Shown here piece after piece: positions 12,715 through 26,419 of a stretch of 64,000 nt of DNA (its first letter is position 1; each line of letters starts with the position of its first letter). The stretch is taken from assembly GCF_009834535.1 (NCBI RefSeq), contig NC_045696.1, positions 37,016,001 through 37,080,000 of the forward strand, given 5' to 3'. The DNA comes from Camelus ferus. Taxonomy: Eukaryota. The position numbers and the translations under genes are program-made. Below the pieces are notes generated by a model. The model worked only from the letters and a program-made list of their open reading frames with translations, ran no database searches and was not told where the DNA came from.

Positions 12715-15559
12715 CTTGCTTATACCTCTTTGGCACTGTGGTTTATGGAGTATCAGTTGTTTATTTTGGTCCTTAAGGATTTTATCTATCTGATGCGTAT
12801 TTAGGAATAGAACTTAGGAAAAAAAAAATAAGAGAGAGAGAGAAAGAATTTTAAAAGAAGGGAGAAAGAGAGTTTGAAAACAGTGTATAATGAATAATAG
12901 AAGAGTGAGTTGAAGCAGAGTATTAATCGGGTTGAGACGTCCTTTTAAAACCTTTACAAAAAAAGCAGGGGGGGAGATGAATAGATGTATTTGAAACCTG
13001 TGTCTAATCAATAGCAGGACATCAAAACCCAAGAGAAATAGAAATGAATTATGGAAATTTATACTTTCTAATACAAAGCACAGAATTCAACATATTTACT
13101 TTCTTGGAATTGACAGAATTAGACTTAGGTAGGTCTCTACTGGCAGGAACAGAGCCTGTCCCAAAGAGAAGGAAGAAACAGTCTCCTCCCTGGGGGCCTG
13201 TTATTCTAGCAAGACAGAGGAAGAGGTTCCATGACCCCTCATATCTTGTTCCAAACTTACCAACTAGTTATTTTACTTCTCCTGGTGCAGTGAGAATGAG
13301 CATTGAGAGGCCTAGTGCTAACGGTACCACTTCTCCAGGAAAGAAACCTCCTGGAATTAACTATTAAATTGATAATCAATTGAAGATACGGCTATCCTCC
13401 CAAGAGGAAACCAGGTCCACAAGTCACTAGACCTTTTAAGAGCTGATCTTTTTATCCTTCTATGAATCATTCGGTTGAGATATTACTTTGTCACGCATAG
13501 AATGAAACACTTCAAGTATACTTTTTATCTGCTTACTCATTTAGTTTAGAAAGTAATCATAAATAATGTCTGTTTCTTCACTCATTTTAGGTCTTAGTGT
13601 TTTTACATTCATAATCTGATCTAATGTAAATATTTTGTTGATTTTGTAATTTACTGTATATCGAATTGTATTATTTTTTGCATTCAGTAGTGTTTATTGA
13701 ACTAATAATAATCCAGGAATTGTTCTAGGTATTGATAGGAATTCTACCAGCCTTTTCTTTCAGGTCAACATTTTCTTACTGTAAATTTGGCCATGGCTCT
13801 TAATTCATCCTTTTGCAAACAAAGTATTGGTTTAGTCATTGTGACACATAAAATGGTTGTGGAAAAATCAATGGGGTCCTAAAAGTTAACAGTGCCTCTC
13901 AATCTAGCTACCATCGCCACAGGAAACCCATCCCTACAAACAAGATTAAAAGATCATGAAACAAGTCAGTCTTAAATATACTTTAATTTCCCTCAGAACA
14001 CAAAGAAAAGAAATAGAAAGGATTGAAAACCCATGGTTACTTTTTATATGTCACTGACTCCCAATTTAGGTTTTTGTCTAATAGATAAAATGAGGTGATT
14101 ATACATATTATTTCAAATTATACTTTAATAGAAATATTATCCAGTGTAGTATTATATGCCTTTGGACAGGTGAACCAGTATTTTTAAATGTAAATATTAT
14201 TACACTCTATATAATGCTTTACATGCTAACCATGTAGCAGATTAACATTTTCAGAATTCTTTATCATTAATACTATTTAAATTCTATACTTAGGCATCAT
14301 TACAGTTAATCTAACAACATGCATGTATTAACAGAACTTTAATTACTCAGTCTATTAAGGATATTTGTTACCTTTCTCACGGTGAACTAACAGTATTTAT
14401 TAGAGAGGACCAAAAACAATTGTCTCTGAATATTTCAATAGATTTAAAAATGACATTTCTTCTTAATGGAACCCAGAGTTGCTCTAGATTTCTGAGCCAA
14501 TACTTGAGTTCCAGATTCTTACATTTTGATTTCATTGTTCTAACCCTGAAATTTGCATATATAATAAACATCACAGTCAGTTCTGTTCTAGATGGTCTTT
14601 GGCTCAAACTGAGAACACAGTCTTAATCATTGTTTCCTTTTCATCCAAAGATTTTATATAGAAATTCATTGATCTAGACATAGGGGAGGAGATAAATTTG
14701 ATTTGAAACATATAACTTACAAATAATTGCTTTATCAGTGAGACATAATAGAATGGGTTGTGAAAAATATTGGCTACTTCATTTTTCTCAATATTCACCT
14801 AAATTTATAAAGAACCTTTCTAACTTTGTCAAAAATTATTTATTCACAGATACAAATTACTCATCTCGTGTTGACCTCTCCCAGGTTAACTCTGTAGGGA
14901 GAATCTATGTTACTCTTTTAAAGCTTGATCTGAGAAAATAATATATAATATATTCTTGGCTTAAATGTCAATCTGTGTCATGTATTATGCATATTGAAAC
15001 CAAATAGGTACAGGTGAAAGGGAAAATATGGGGTGAGTTGTTTGTGGTCAAACAAAATGTCATCCATTATTTTTAACAACAACAACAAAAAACCCTTATG
15101 CCTATTTGGGGAAAAAAGGTTGCACTTGTGTTTACATTTATAAAATCTAGTAGCATAAAAGAGTCATAACTGGTAATGTATCCTCCTTTGCATTTACATG
15201 GTTCAGTGTAGAAGTTCACATTGTGAACACTTACCAGTAATTCATTTAAAAAGTCATGCTTATGAAGCCCTATAACATTATAGCCTCACTTCCCTTTATA
15301 TTGAATAATACTCCGAACTGAATCTGTAGATACACTAAATGATTCACCTATCTACAACCCCAGACTGTTATAGAAACTAAATTGCACTATTAAGAGGTAC
15401 TCATAAATAAAAGGTCATTCTTATAATTAAACATATAAATGTTGCTTTGGAAACCAATATATGAAATCCCAAAGAGATAGACATAATAAATCTAAATTAT
15501 GATTATTTAACTCACCAAAAATTTAGAGTAGAATATATAAAAGAATAAATTGTCCTAAA

Positions 15560-15745
15560 GCAGTGGTTCTCAAATGTAGCTGAATCACCTGGTGGGCTTG
15601 TAAAAACACAAATCCTGGGTCCCCCCTGCAGAATTTCAGATTCCTTAGTTCATGTATGGAGTCCAAGAATTTGCATTTCTAAAAAGTTCCCAGAAAATGC
15701 AGATGCTGTTAGATTAGTAAAAACTGTATTTAGAGACTTACTCCC
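15560..15745. mobile_element. MER5A-like hAT-Charlie DNA transposon
   Basis: cagtggttctcaaa start, gaatcacctgg, aagaatttgcatttctaaaaagttccc. Confidence 0.85.
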
Positions 15746-16099
15746 TTAAAAGATTCAATCTGCAATTTCATTTTCAAGACTTTGCTTTGTATACAACTTT
15801 ACACAGAATATTAGCAATGGACGGAAGTTAACAGATAATCTAGCATAGTTTTATGAACTAGTATACCCTTTATTTTTAGAAATTAGGAAATAAGGATATT
15901 AAGTGATTAATCTAGTGAATAACTCAGGGCACTTTATACTGAAAATGATGTGAAGATGTGTTGGAAGATTCATGGCTTTATGTGTTTGAAAAGGGGCAAG
16001 ATTTAGTAGTAGATATGAGAGAGATTTTGTGAGAAATAAGAAGATTCAATGGACAACAGTGACCAAGAACATCAGAAAATGCATTACAAATTAACAACA

Positions 16100-17108
16100 A
16101 AAGGAAATATTTGAAGCCAACCTCTATTCTAGTTTTCCCACATTAAAAGATCAGAAGTAGCCACTTCTATCCTTACCACAAGGTAGAAGCTGAACAGACT
16201 GAAAATTAACAACCTTTCTTACCCATCAGAGAACTGAGGTTGCAGTGCAGATCGCCACCAGAAATCTGACAGGCAAAGACATGAAATCACAGCCGAGATC
16301 AGCCAACTTGGACTGGAAGCCAGATAGGAATGCATGACAGGAATTCCTCCCACAGAATTATTCCAATGATTAGGATGAAAGTGAGAAACTTCTGGAGGTC
16401 CTAGTCTTAGGAGGTCCCCACACTTTCATGGATTTATTTCCAGAAACCCAGCCAGATTTTCAAGATAAAGAGTCAAGGGAAAATCAGAGGCAAAAGGCTG
16501 GAAACAGTAACCATCACAAAATACACTCAATATGTTTTTCACAACAAAGGCCTACTCTCCAATATAAAAGATTTTATGAGAGCTTTATCTCAAAAAGATT
16601 ATAAGGCAATTATTCTGCCTATCATACCGGCCAATACCAATTGCTGAGGAAAATGCTGAGTAAGGGAATGCAAAATAGCCCCACCAATTTTGAAGACAAT
16701 TTGGTAATTTCTTGCAAAAGTAAACAATCTTACCATACAGTCTTGTACTCATGTTCCTAGGCATTCACTTAAAACATTTAAAAACTTAAAATGTCTGCAA
16801 AAAAAAAAAACTTATGTCCTGCATGGGAATGTTTATAGAAGCTTTATTCCTAAATACAAACCATTGAAAGCAACCAGGATGTCCTTCAATAGGAGAAAGA
16901 TGAAATAAAGTGTGGTACGTTCATACAGTAGTATATTATTCAGCAATGAAAGACATGAACTATCATGAAAAAGCATAGATGCACCTAAATGCATATTTCA
17001 AAGTTTAAAAGCCAGTCTGAAAATTCTATGTATGATGTAATTCCAAATATATGGGACTTTGTAAAAGGCATAACTTAGAGACAATAAAAATTTGTGATTC
17101 CTGGAGAA
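16100..17108 (+). mobile_element. Old LINE-1 (L1M-type): 5' UTR-like part joined to ORF2 end and 3' UTR
   Basis: 16650-17108 has the L1 3' pattern (gggaatgcaaaatag, gaatgtttatagaagctttattc, aagccagtctgaaaa); 16100-16640 resembles old L1 5' ends. Confidence 0.65.
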
Positions 17109-17208
17109 NNNNNNNNNNNNNNNNNNNNNNNNNNNNNNNNNNNNNNNNNNNNNNNNNNNNNNNNNNNNNNNNNNNNNNNNNNNNNNNNNNNNNNNNNNNN
17201 NNNNNNNN
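17109..17208. other. Assembly gap (100 N)
   Basis: Read directly. Confidence 1.
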
Positions 17209-19239
17209 AGGTGGAGAAGAAAAGTCCTTTATCCTTGTTGCTAACCCCTCCATCTCTACCATCATAGAATCTTTGTAAATTTCAAGAACATGGTCTGAAA
17301 ATTAATGACACAGATCCAAGTGCCTTCATTTATCAATATGCTTTTAAGGGGATCCTTTTGAAGAAAAGTAAAAGTCTGAAGGGAGGAAGAAATTATAAGA
17401 TGTGGAGGGACTTACTGAAAGTTTTATAATAAAGTGAATGACAGAACTAAGCTTGATAAATATTCAGAAATATTCAGAGAGAATAGAGACCTTGAGTCCA
17501 TGACTGCTCCTCTTTCCACTACACCACACATCTTCAATCACCATTATGATTACAGAGGAAAAACATTAACAACTTACTTAAAATATATGGCTTAATTTAA
17601 AGAAATTGAATTGCCTAAGTAAATGTGGGGAAGTAGTTTTCCAATTTAAAACCTCAGATTGTTCAATTACTTCATTACTTTTAAACTTCCCAAGTCATAG
17701 CTGATATCACAAAGCCTTTGTTATTTTACCAAATCTCTGTACCAGCTATGCTGTTATTTAACATTGTGCTTACAGCAATAACTTACATCACTAACTTTTT
17801 ACAATTCAACAAGTTTATTTTCAAAGAAATATAGACTCAATACCAATTGCCATTAATAGAAATTAACTGTCAAAATAAAATTACTGGAATCAAGAAAATT
17901 CTCTCTAGAATCTGTTATGTGTCAAAAGCTGTTCTTGCTTTGTTAAAAAAAGGATTCATTTCATTCAAGATATTTTAATGCAATTTAGAACAAAGTTGAG
18001 ATTTCTTTTTGGAAGACTGGGAAAGGAAATTAGAGAGTGATCTCTCTAAGGCGTAACCTGCTAATTTTCTTTCCTAGTCTTCTGTTTTCCCACTTCTTCC
18101 AACACACCTGACACTCATCACATCCCATTCTCTGAAGACATGTAGCTTCACTTTACCTTCTTCCAGGGAGAATGAAAATATTTCCTTCTCTCTGAAGCTT
18201 CTTTTCTACTGCAGAAAGAAGGATTATTTTCCTCTGAGAATGCTTATATAGTATACTTTATTTGCCTACATTTTTAAAAAAGTCACTTTGTATCAGTTTC
18301 TTGTTTCTTTTTCTCTCTCTCTCCCCTGCCCGCCCTCCCTCCCTCTCTCTCTTTCTTGCTAAAATATATGACATACAATGGTACAACCATAGCTTACTTT
18401 TTAAAACTATCGTGACTGGATCATGCACCAATTTAATTTTATAAAAACTTTTTTTTCTGATTTTAAAGCAATTTTTGTTTAGTGTGGAAAACAGAAAAAA
18501 ATGTAATATGATTTTTAAATTATCTCCATCCTACACAAATGTTTTTATTTTGGACAATATCATCAATATATGTACAAAACATGCACACTTTTTTACATAA
18601 TAATGTGTGCTTATATGCATATTAGTATTTACCCCAAAACATACAGTGAACTTTTTTGTGTATTGTTAGTTTTACACTTATTTTCTGATGAATAAATAAA
18701 TGATTAAATAAATACTTAAGAAAATTCATGATCCCAAATTCTGATACCATTTTGAATTAACAAGGAAATTTAACCTCCTTGTCAGTCACTACCTCAATTA
18801 CTATCATGAGAGCTTTTAAACTTTTGTTACTTCAGACTATGTGTAAAATGAAGGTTTTGGACATGTAATCTTAAGATATTAAGGAAACGAATTATCAAAT
18901 AAAGATTCCTGGTGGCAAGCAATGGAAACAAATTCTGATACCGTAAGCAGAAACTTAATTGTAAATATATCAAGAAGTGCTGAGAATTCATGGGAATGCT
19001 GCAGTTCTTTAGGAAAATGGACCAGAACTAAGGAAATCTGGGTGCCAAGAATTATAGATAAGATCACACAGCTGAAATTATATGACTAGGACCTCACTCA
19101 AAGCACTGTCACTGTTACTTGTGTTAACCACTGTCATCACAATCACCATTATTTGTATGATTTGTACTACTATATATTATTATTAAAAAATCTATAAATG
19201 TGTATATTTTATAGAAGAACCTCATAGAAGAGAACTTAC

Positions 19240-19350
19240 AGGATTCCACGGGTAGCATCTGGATTTGACCAGAGTATTTTGCGGGTATTGACCTGCCTCA
19301 AAAAGTCCCTCGACTCCTATCACCTGTCCCATCTATTCATAAAGCCAGGC
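19240..19350 (-). other. Candidate internal exon (111 nt) of an unidentified, probably non-coding transcript
   Basis: ttattttgtatag acceptor and CCT|gtaagt donor on the minus strand, higher GC and retained CpGs in AT-rich flanks; stops in all three frames. Confidence 0.35.
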
Positions 19351-21099
19351 CTATACAAAATAAATGTGCTTTTTATTCTCAGGACAGCGGATAAAATAAA
19401 AGAAGGTTGTATTTATTGGTAAAATCAGCAAATAGTTATTATTCTTTTTTCAACTTATCTCAAAGAATATTTTAAGAATATTTTTAAAAATCGTGTTTTT
19501 ATACTTTTTTCAATCCTATGTATACAGGGACCATAGGGAGGTTATAGGAATTAGGTCAAAAGTTCTATTTTACAATATTTACATTTCTTTTTATATTCTA
19601 TTCTTCCTACTAATATTCTTTGGTAGCTATTCCAGATAAAACAGCATTTTATTAAATCATAAGGTGCATTTCTAAAATTTAACTGAGTATTAATGGAGAA
19701 ATATTTTTAGCTATTAAGTTACCTGATAGAGTTTCAATTTAGTTCATGTTCAAGGTGTAATACTGTTTTTCTGATTATAAAATATCATTTCTGAGATGAG
19801 GCAAAATTTCTGTTTTAATTATAATATTTGAATCACACAAATATAGAACTTTTTGTAAATGTTTTATTCTACTTAATGTTTGAAACTATGTAAAATTCTT
19901 GATTTAAAAAAATTGCATGGCAATAAAATGTATATGTGCAGTCCAACTGTAATAATTCTATGTAATAAAACTGAAAAAAAATTGCATGACAGATGAATAC
20001 ATGCTGCTTCTATTTCTTTAAATAAAATAAATGTACATAAAACATACCAAAAATACCAAACTTCCTCACTTGAAAAATTCAGTAAGTACTACACAGATGT
20101 TAGAAAATTAATTTTTACAAAATGTATTTTGTAGGAAAATATTGTAGTTATTGACAGATTTTATATGTTTTTATAATTATTTTTGCAAGTCTTACTGTGT
20201 GAACAACTCATGGTTCAAATATTCAAAAATAAGAGTCAAACTTTATTATTAATATTTCATAACCTATCCTGTATCAAATATAATTTTCATAATTTTTGCT
20301 GCAGTGTTTTTCATCTTGGATCCTCATTTTTCATCAGAGAAAAGATATTCCACTGTTTTACATCAATTATTGAAAAGAAAAGGAATATATTAGGAAGAAT
20401 TGGAGAAACTGTACAAAAATGCTAAATTTTGAGGTAAGTGAAGACTAATTTACATCAATTAGGAAAAAAGTACATCTACTTCATTGAGCATCTTCTTTAT
20501 TTCACACATTATCAAAATTATCATCCAAAGTAATCATGGCTTTTGATCATGAGGGGGAAAATGTCAGAGATATGAGTGTTTGGCATGTTTGGTGGTCAAG
20601 GGTAGGAGATGACAATTAATGTCAAAATTGTGGATTATTCTCTGTTTAGGGGCAGTAGTGTTTGAAGACCAGGAGTTGAATATCCAAAAGTAAGGTCTTC
20701 ATTAATAGACAAATAGCTCTTGTTCTGCAGCATCTGACTTTAAATGCTATAATATCACAGCATTAGAAATGAACAAATGGACAAGCAAACCCAAACTTAT
20801 CTCTCTTCCTTCCTCCGTATCTAGTCTGCTCATCCCAGGATGCCTCTTCCCAGATGACATGCCTTACAGAACACCTGCCTCCAATCTTTTCAAATTAAGT
20901 TTAGGTTCCTCAGAGAAGAACATCTGGTTCTATTTCTGGATTTCAAAATATGAAAATACCTCCATGATTAGTTGATTCATCCTATTCATGACTCCTACTC
21001 TCTCAGATATACTATTGAGTATATCTCTCTGTAGTGATCCAGGAGCTGCCAGATCTGACAGCCTCTGCTATAATAAGCCCTAATTTTATGTTTCACACC

Positions 21100-21210
21100 C
21101 ATTTGTTCATTCATTCAATCATGTATTCCTTTCTTAAAGAAATATTTATTAAAAGCCTATTCTGCACTAGGTATTGTTTTAAATGTTAGAATACAGTATG
21201 AGACTAAGTT
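21100..21210 (-). mobile_element. L2 3' end relic
   Basis: ttcattcattcaa...atatttattaaaagcctattctgcactaggtattg. Confidence 0.65.
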
Positions 21211-22569
21211 TGAGGTACTGGCATGCAATAATGCATGGGAAAAAAAGAAAAATGTGTTTCTTTTGTTTGTTTTTGGCTGAACAGGTATTTTGGGTTTAGA
21301 TAAATGAGGGAATAGAGGGTGGTAGGAACAACTGCTAAAGAATCTTAGAGGTCCATTTCAGGTTTGAAAAAACAAGAAATCTTGGAAGCAATATCAAGCT
21401 AGTTCATAGGCAACTTCTATGCAGGGCAAAGATCCCATAGGCCAGATAATATAGATATGATCAGAACACTCTGAAAAAATAAAATTCAGGAGGTCAAGCA
21501 TGAGTAATCAGAGTCAGGAGCTCAAGGAAAATTATTTTGGCAGAAAGAGAATGACATATACAAAGAATGTCTGAATAACAGCTGTAGAAAAGTTGCAACA
21601 GAATTGTTCAATTTGAGCCAAAAGGAAAAAAAAAAAAAAACCTTTGTGACCAATTGGACTTGCTCCCTCCTAAGGTAGAGGTTTTCTCTAAAATTAGATA
21701 AGAACTTAAGTTTAAGGTAAGTGAACATAACCTAGGAGAGTGGATGATGAATAGTGTGGTAGTTCTACTTGCTTTGTCTAGAATGAGAAGCTTTAGATTA
21801 CAACAGCCAAGAATATTTTTTTTTCATGTTTAGCAAAGTGTCAAAACTCCACCACAGAGTATGATGAATCTAGAGAGATGGAATCACAGTTCTCCCAAAA
21901 GTTTACTTGGCAGTAACCAACGCAAGGGAATACCGGAAGGTTTTGAGCCACCAGCACTGTGGAGAGTTAGTAGCAACATGGAGGAGTAGGCTTCGGAGAG
22001 GCCTGGGCCTGCTGTTAGTGACTCCATTATAATTTCCATCAGCTCCCTTAAAGCCCAGCCATGTAACAGACAATTCAAATAGAAACAACGTGCTAGCTAT
22101 GCAAACCCAGCCTCTAGTTCATTGGCATTTCTCTTCCACCTAAATTTCAACTTCTAGGTCCCTCCTGATATTAAAATCAGGATGAGCCACTGTGCAGGAC
22201 AAGAGATTGCACAGGAGCAGCAGGACCCACTAGACCTGGAGGGCAAGTGGACAGACAGGGACAACAGACACCTCAGAGCCAATGGGGACTCAAGGCAGAG
22301 GTCTGCATGCTCTACCTCCACATCAAATACTTTAGGATCATGCAAAAAGAATCCTGAATCATAATATGATCCTAAATAAGGAGAGATCCTCTGAGATGCA
22401 CTGCTTTGTCATCTAGGTCATATGAAGACTAAGAATTGGAACATTATGTGAAATAAAGACATGTTCGTGGGCACCTGAGTTCCAAAGATGTAATTTACAG
22501 ATATATGCTTCTAAGATGTTGTGTTTCTAGAAAAGATATTTACCACATTTAATTTTCTAAGTTTAATAG

Positions 22570-22690
22570 ATTCATTCATTGAATAATTTTTTGGCCAGCT
22601 ACTATACGCCAAGCCCAGTTCTTGGAATTAGAGATAGAGAATTAATTAAAGCAAATAGATGAGGTCATTTCTATTGAACAAAGAACACTT
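22570..22690 (-). mobile_element. L2 3' end relic
   Basis: ttcattcattgaa...ctactatacgccaagcccagttcttgga. Confidence 0.55.
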
Positions 22691-23940
22691 TTCTTTGGAT
22701 GGCAGTGCACAAATCTCATGGAATATCTCCAATGCCAGTTTTTCATGGAAAAGCAAATTGAGGCATTCTACCCTAAGTCAACAAATCAATAAGTATTTGT
22801 GGGGTCATAACTATGTCTACAGTAGCATCCAAGGTACTGTACATTTTGTCTTATTTAGTAGAAAACACTAACTTCATAGACTACATTGCTTGATTGTCAA
22901 ACATTCATTAGTTTTTCTCTTTCTTATTTAGTTAATTCTTTCCTTCCGTATGTCTCTCTCTTCTGCCTTCCTCCTCCCTCACTCCATCTCCTCTCTTTCT
23001 GCAAAGACTTCTACAATTGCTTTGAAATAAGTACCCTTTGGAATCTTATTTTGGGAAATAGTGACATAGAAGAAATGCTCAAAAGGAGAAATTGTTCTTA
23101 TTAATTTGTTATAATGATATTTTGTACACATTTAATTTCTATTAAATACATTTTTATATTAGCTTATCACAGTGCAAATATATTTGAATATAATCAGTAT
23201 TCGAAGATAGTGTTTGATCTAATTTCTGAGTCATAGTTTTCTTTGGCCTTTCATGTTGAATCATTCTTTTTCTACTTTATAAATCAATAATTTCACTTTT
23301 CACCTCTGGCAAAATTGAAAGCCAGTTTTTATTTTCTGTTCTAAATAAAATCTCCCTTTCTTGTTCATGAATCTGAAAGTCTGCAAAGTGCCAATAGTGA
23401 GAGCTATATTATAGCATAGAAAGTGATCTTTCTCTTTTTCACCCTTTGGAAGGAAAGTCACACAAAAACACAGTGGGTAGGCCCTTCTTTGCATACACAG
23501 TGTGCTGAATTCCTAGTGGACTCCTATTTACAGTAACTGACAGATGACTGAAAAGAGGGTCTTGCTGAGATCAACTCCTTCCGTGCTCACTTGATTAATA
23601 GAGTATGTGTTTGGCTTAATTGCTCAATGATAGAAGCAAAATAGATGTCATTCCACATATTGTACTTTCCAATTAGTGATTTTCAAAAAAAAATCAGAAA
23701 ATAGTTTCTTTTTCTAAAGCTTTGTCACTATGCTTCAAGTAGGTGAAATCTGAAGACTAAGAAACAATCTAAAGACAGATTAAATTTATTTTTCATTATA
23801 TATGTTTTATTTCAATATATATATCATGTTTCTCTGTTGCCCGTTTTAGAACTTGAATACTTGTTTGATTTGGATTTATTTTTTTTCTTGAAAGTTAAGT
23901 TCATAAAGTCAGAGACTAAACTTTATGCTTTTCATGTATT

Positions 23941-24240
23941 TGTCGAAGGAGTTACCACTGCAGGACAGGCTCAGTAACTGCTTACTGTCTGTGCTCCGCA
24001 AGTCCCCAGTTCACTGGGACATCCTCATCCAAAAAAAAGGACCCTAAAGTGATTTTTTTTTCCCACTCTGGCCTGATCACGTAAGGGGAATTGATCCCAT
24101 TCTCTAAGGGAACTAGGAGTGCCGTGTGACCATGGCCCGTTACTGCCTTTCCTTCCATCAGAGGACTGCCTAGTGGTGTTCCGAGGGCTGACGGGCTGAC
24201 GTGGTGGCTCGCACACTCAGAAACCCTTCTCCTGAGTTTT
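23941..24240. promoter_or_regulatory. CpG-retaining promoter/enhancer-like patch
   Basis: 9 CpGs in 300 bp in a CpG-poor window; MYB-type sites TAACTG (23975) and CCGTTA (24137); tandem TGACG/TGACGT (24189-24202). Confidence 0.4.
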
Positions 24241-26029
24241 CCAGTTTAGGAGTGATGCAGCCTCTAGGTTTTTTATACAATTTAGATTTAAACTATACTT
24301 CTCTGAACATGTAGAAATTTATGACTTTTTATTTATATAAAATTCTACATCACTGTCTCCAAATCAAGCAACAGATTATTTCCTTAGTGAGAGAGATTAA
24401 AAAGGTGTTTGAAAGAAATCCATTCTAAGTGATATAAATTCACGATTTCTGTTTCTGTTACCCAGTAGTTTGGGGTTTTTTAAAGATTTTTAAATGATAA
24501 ATTGCATATCTCCAAAATGTCTTTTTTTTCTTTACTTCTTTGGTTTTCTTTGTTTCATACTCTTACAAAATTATTAGTTTTGAGAAAAAGGAGAACTATA
24601 GTTTTAGATGCATTCTTTCATATTTTTATACATTCATATTTAATCTCTATTTTGTTAAATACTGGATCATAATGTGATGCAAACATAAGAGCCCCTTTTA
24701 AAATATTATTATGTTTAGAGATAATCCTGTCATATTTTCATCTAGGATAACATTTAGTAACATCAGATATTTCACTAGAGTTTTATATACATAAACATTG
24801 TTAGAGTTTTAAAATATAACAAAATAAATCCATAAATAATTAAAAATTATAAACTTGAGTATAAATTTATGTGCTAGTAAATGTAAAATATTTTAACACA
24901 GTATTATTGAAAGTTATCCTTAATTCTATGAAAAAAAGTAATCTAAGAAATACCAGTTTGCTACCAGCATATTTTTATTAAAGCATACTAAGTCAGGAGT
25001 GTGGAGCAGATTCCCTGGCATTAAGAGTTAATTAAGTGGGCAGAAGATGCTACGGGTGCTCAAGAGGAATGAAGAGAAACAATATGCACAATGAGTAATC
25101 CCCAGGCACTGAAGGAGAGTAAAACGTTATTATCACTGACTCGTGAGCAGTGTAATCTGCAGAAACACAAAGGTCAAAATTTGCTACTAGCAAGCCAAAG
25201 TTTATTGGAGTATCAGAACCACAGCTGCCAGAGAAAATGGGGTATGAGCAAGAGAATTTTCCTAAGCACTTTTGCTAATGAGAAGATGGCTGTATGGTAC
25301 CATATTTCATATATAACCAGCTAGGATCCCTGGTACCAGCACACTTTACTATGCCATTGTTGCTGCTCATGCCTGGCTGGATAGAGGTAAGAAAATGTGT
25401 TTATGTGGGAAGAAGGAGATCAAGAAACAGAATCCCTCCCCTTGGAACTGGTTGTGAAACCTAAATTTTGTATGTAAATTAAAAACAGGTAGAAATCTAA
25501 TTATTATCTTTGAAAAGATTCTCCTTTGCAGAATCCTTATCATTCTTTCACCTACCAGTTATTTAAAACAATGTCAGGCAGTTATGTAGTATGATTTGAC
25601 CTTATTTAAAATGCTTTAATCATCTTTTTGAACTCCAGGAAGAAAATTAGAAATAATCAGTCACTAGAAATATTTTTTTTAAATTGTATTCTTTCAAAAT
25701 ATCCATTTATATATGGTTGTAATAAAAGATAAAAATGTCATAAGCTTATAACTAGTTTAGGTACCAAAGAAAACTATTGAAGAAAATACATCTACTTGGA
25801 TTAAAATATAAGCAACAAGAGTTTAGTATTCAACTCTGTTATTTTAGATACCAACATAATCTATTATCTGTTTGATTAAAATATCCAATTGGTCCTTTGA
25901 GATCTCTGTAACAAAATAATTGACTGGTTATTTAACTCAATCTACCAAGTAATTACTTCTGAATAGTCTATCCTATCCTATCCCATATAAGTGTTACCTT
26001 AGTTTTTTGACATCAATAATAACAAACTT

Positions 26030-26260
26030 TTTGGGAGTGTCTGCTCTATTGGAACAGATACTTTCCAGAAATTTTCTCTAACTTTTAGAGTACATTTGCA
26101 AGGTAAGATGTATTATGATCCCCATTTTTTTTAGATGAAAAAGTGATGAATACATTTTGCAGATGAATATAGTTCAGTTAAGTTTCTTAATATTACAGTT
26201 TCTAAGTGATTTAGACAGGATAGACACCCACCTATATCCGAGCGCAAAGCTCATATTTAT
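26030..26260. mobile_element. MIR SINE relic
   Basis: aggtaagatgtattatgatccccattttt...agatgaaaaagtga core-like sequence. Confidence 0.6.
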
Positions 26261-26419
26261 ATTTTTCTTTATGCCAAATTTCCTCAATTATTAAACTTCT
26301 TTAATAATTCTTGACCAAATAAATAAGATGACAATGACTTTTCATCTCTTCCACTTAAAGGGAAACTGATACCAATTTCTTAACTTTCTACCTGAATGAA
26401 ATTTTAATTTAAGGGTTAA

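Larger units (their letters stand above)
7273..13045 (-). mobile_element. Young, near full-length LINE-1, truncated within the 5' UTR
   Basis: Poly(A)-derived T tract from 7273, 3' UTR, ORF2, about 430-bp inter-ORF spacer, ORF1 and partial 5' UTR, all collinear. Confidence 0.98.

Noticed and set aside
17026..17278. ORFs spanning a run of X
   Set aside because: Artefacts of the 100-N gap
20338..20433. Plus-strand coding exon ending in GAG|gtaagt
   Set aside because: Stops in all three frames and no other support
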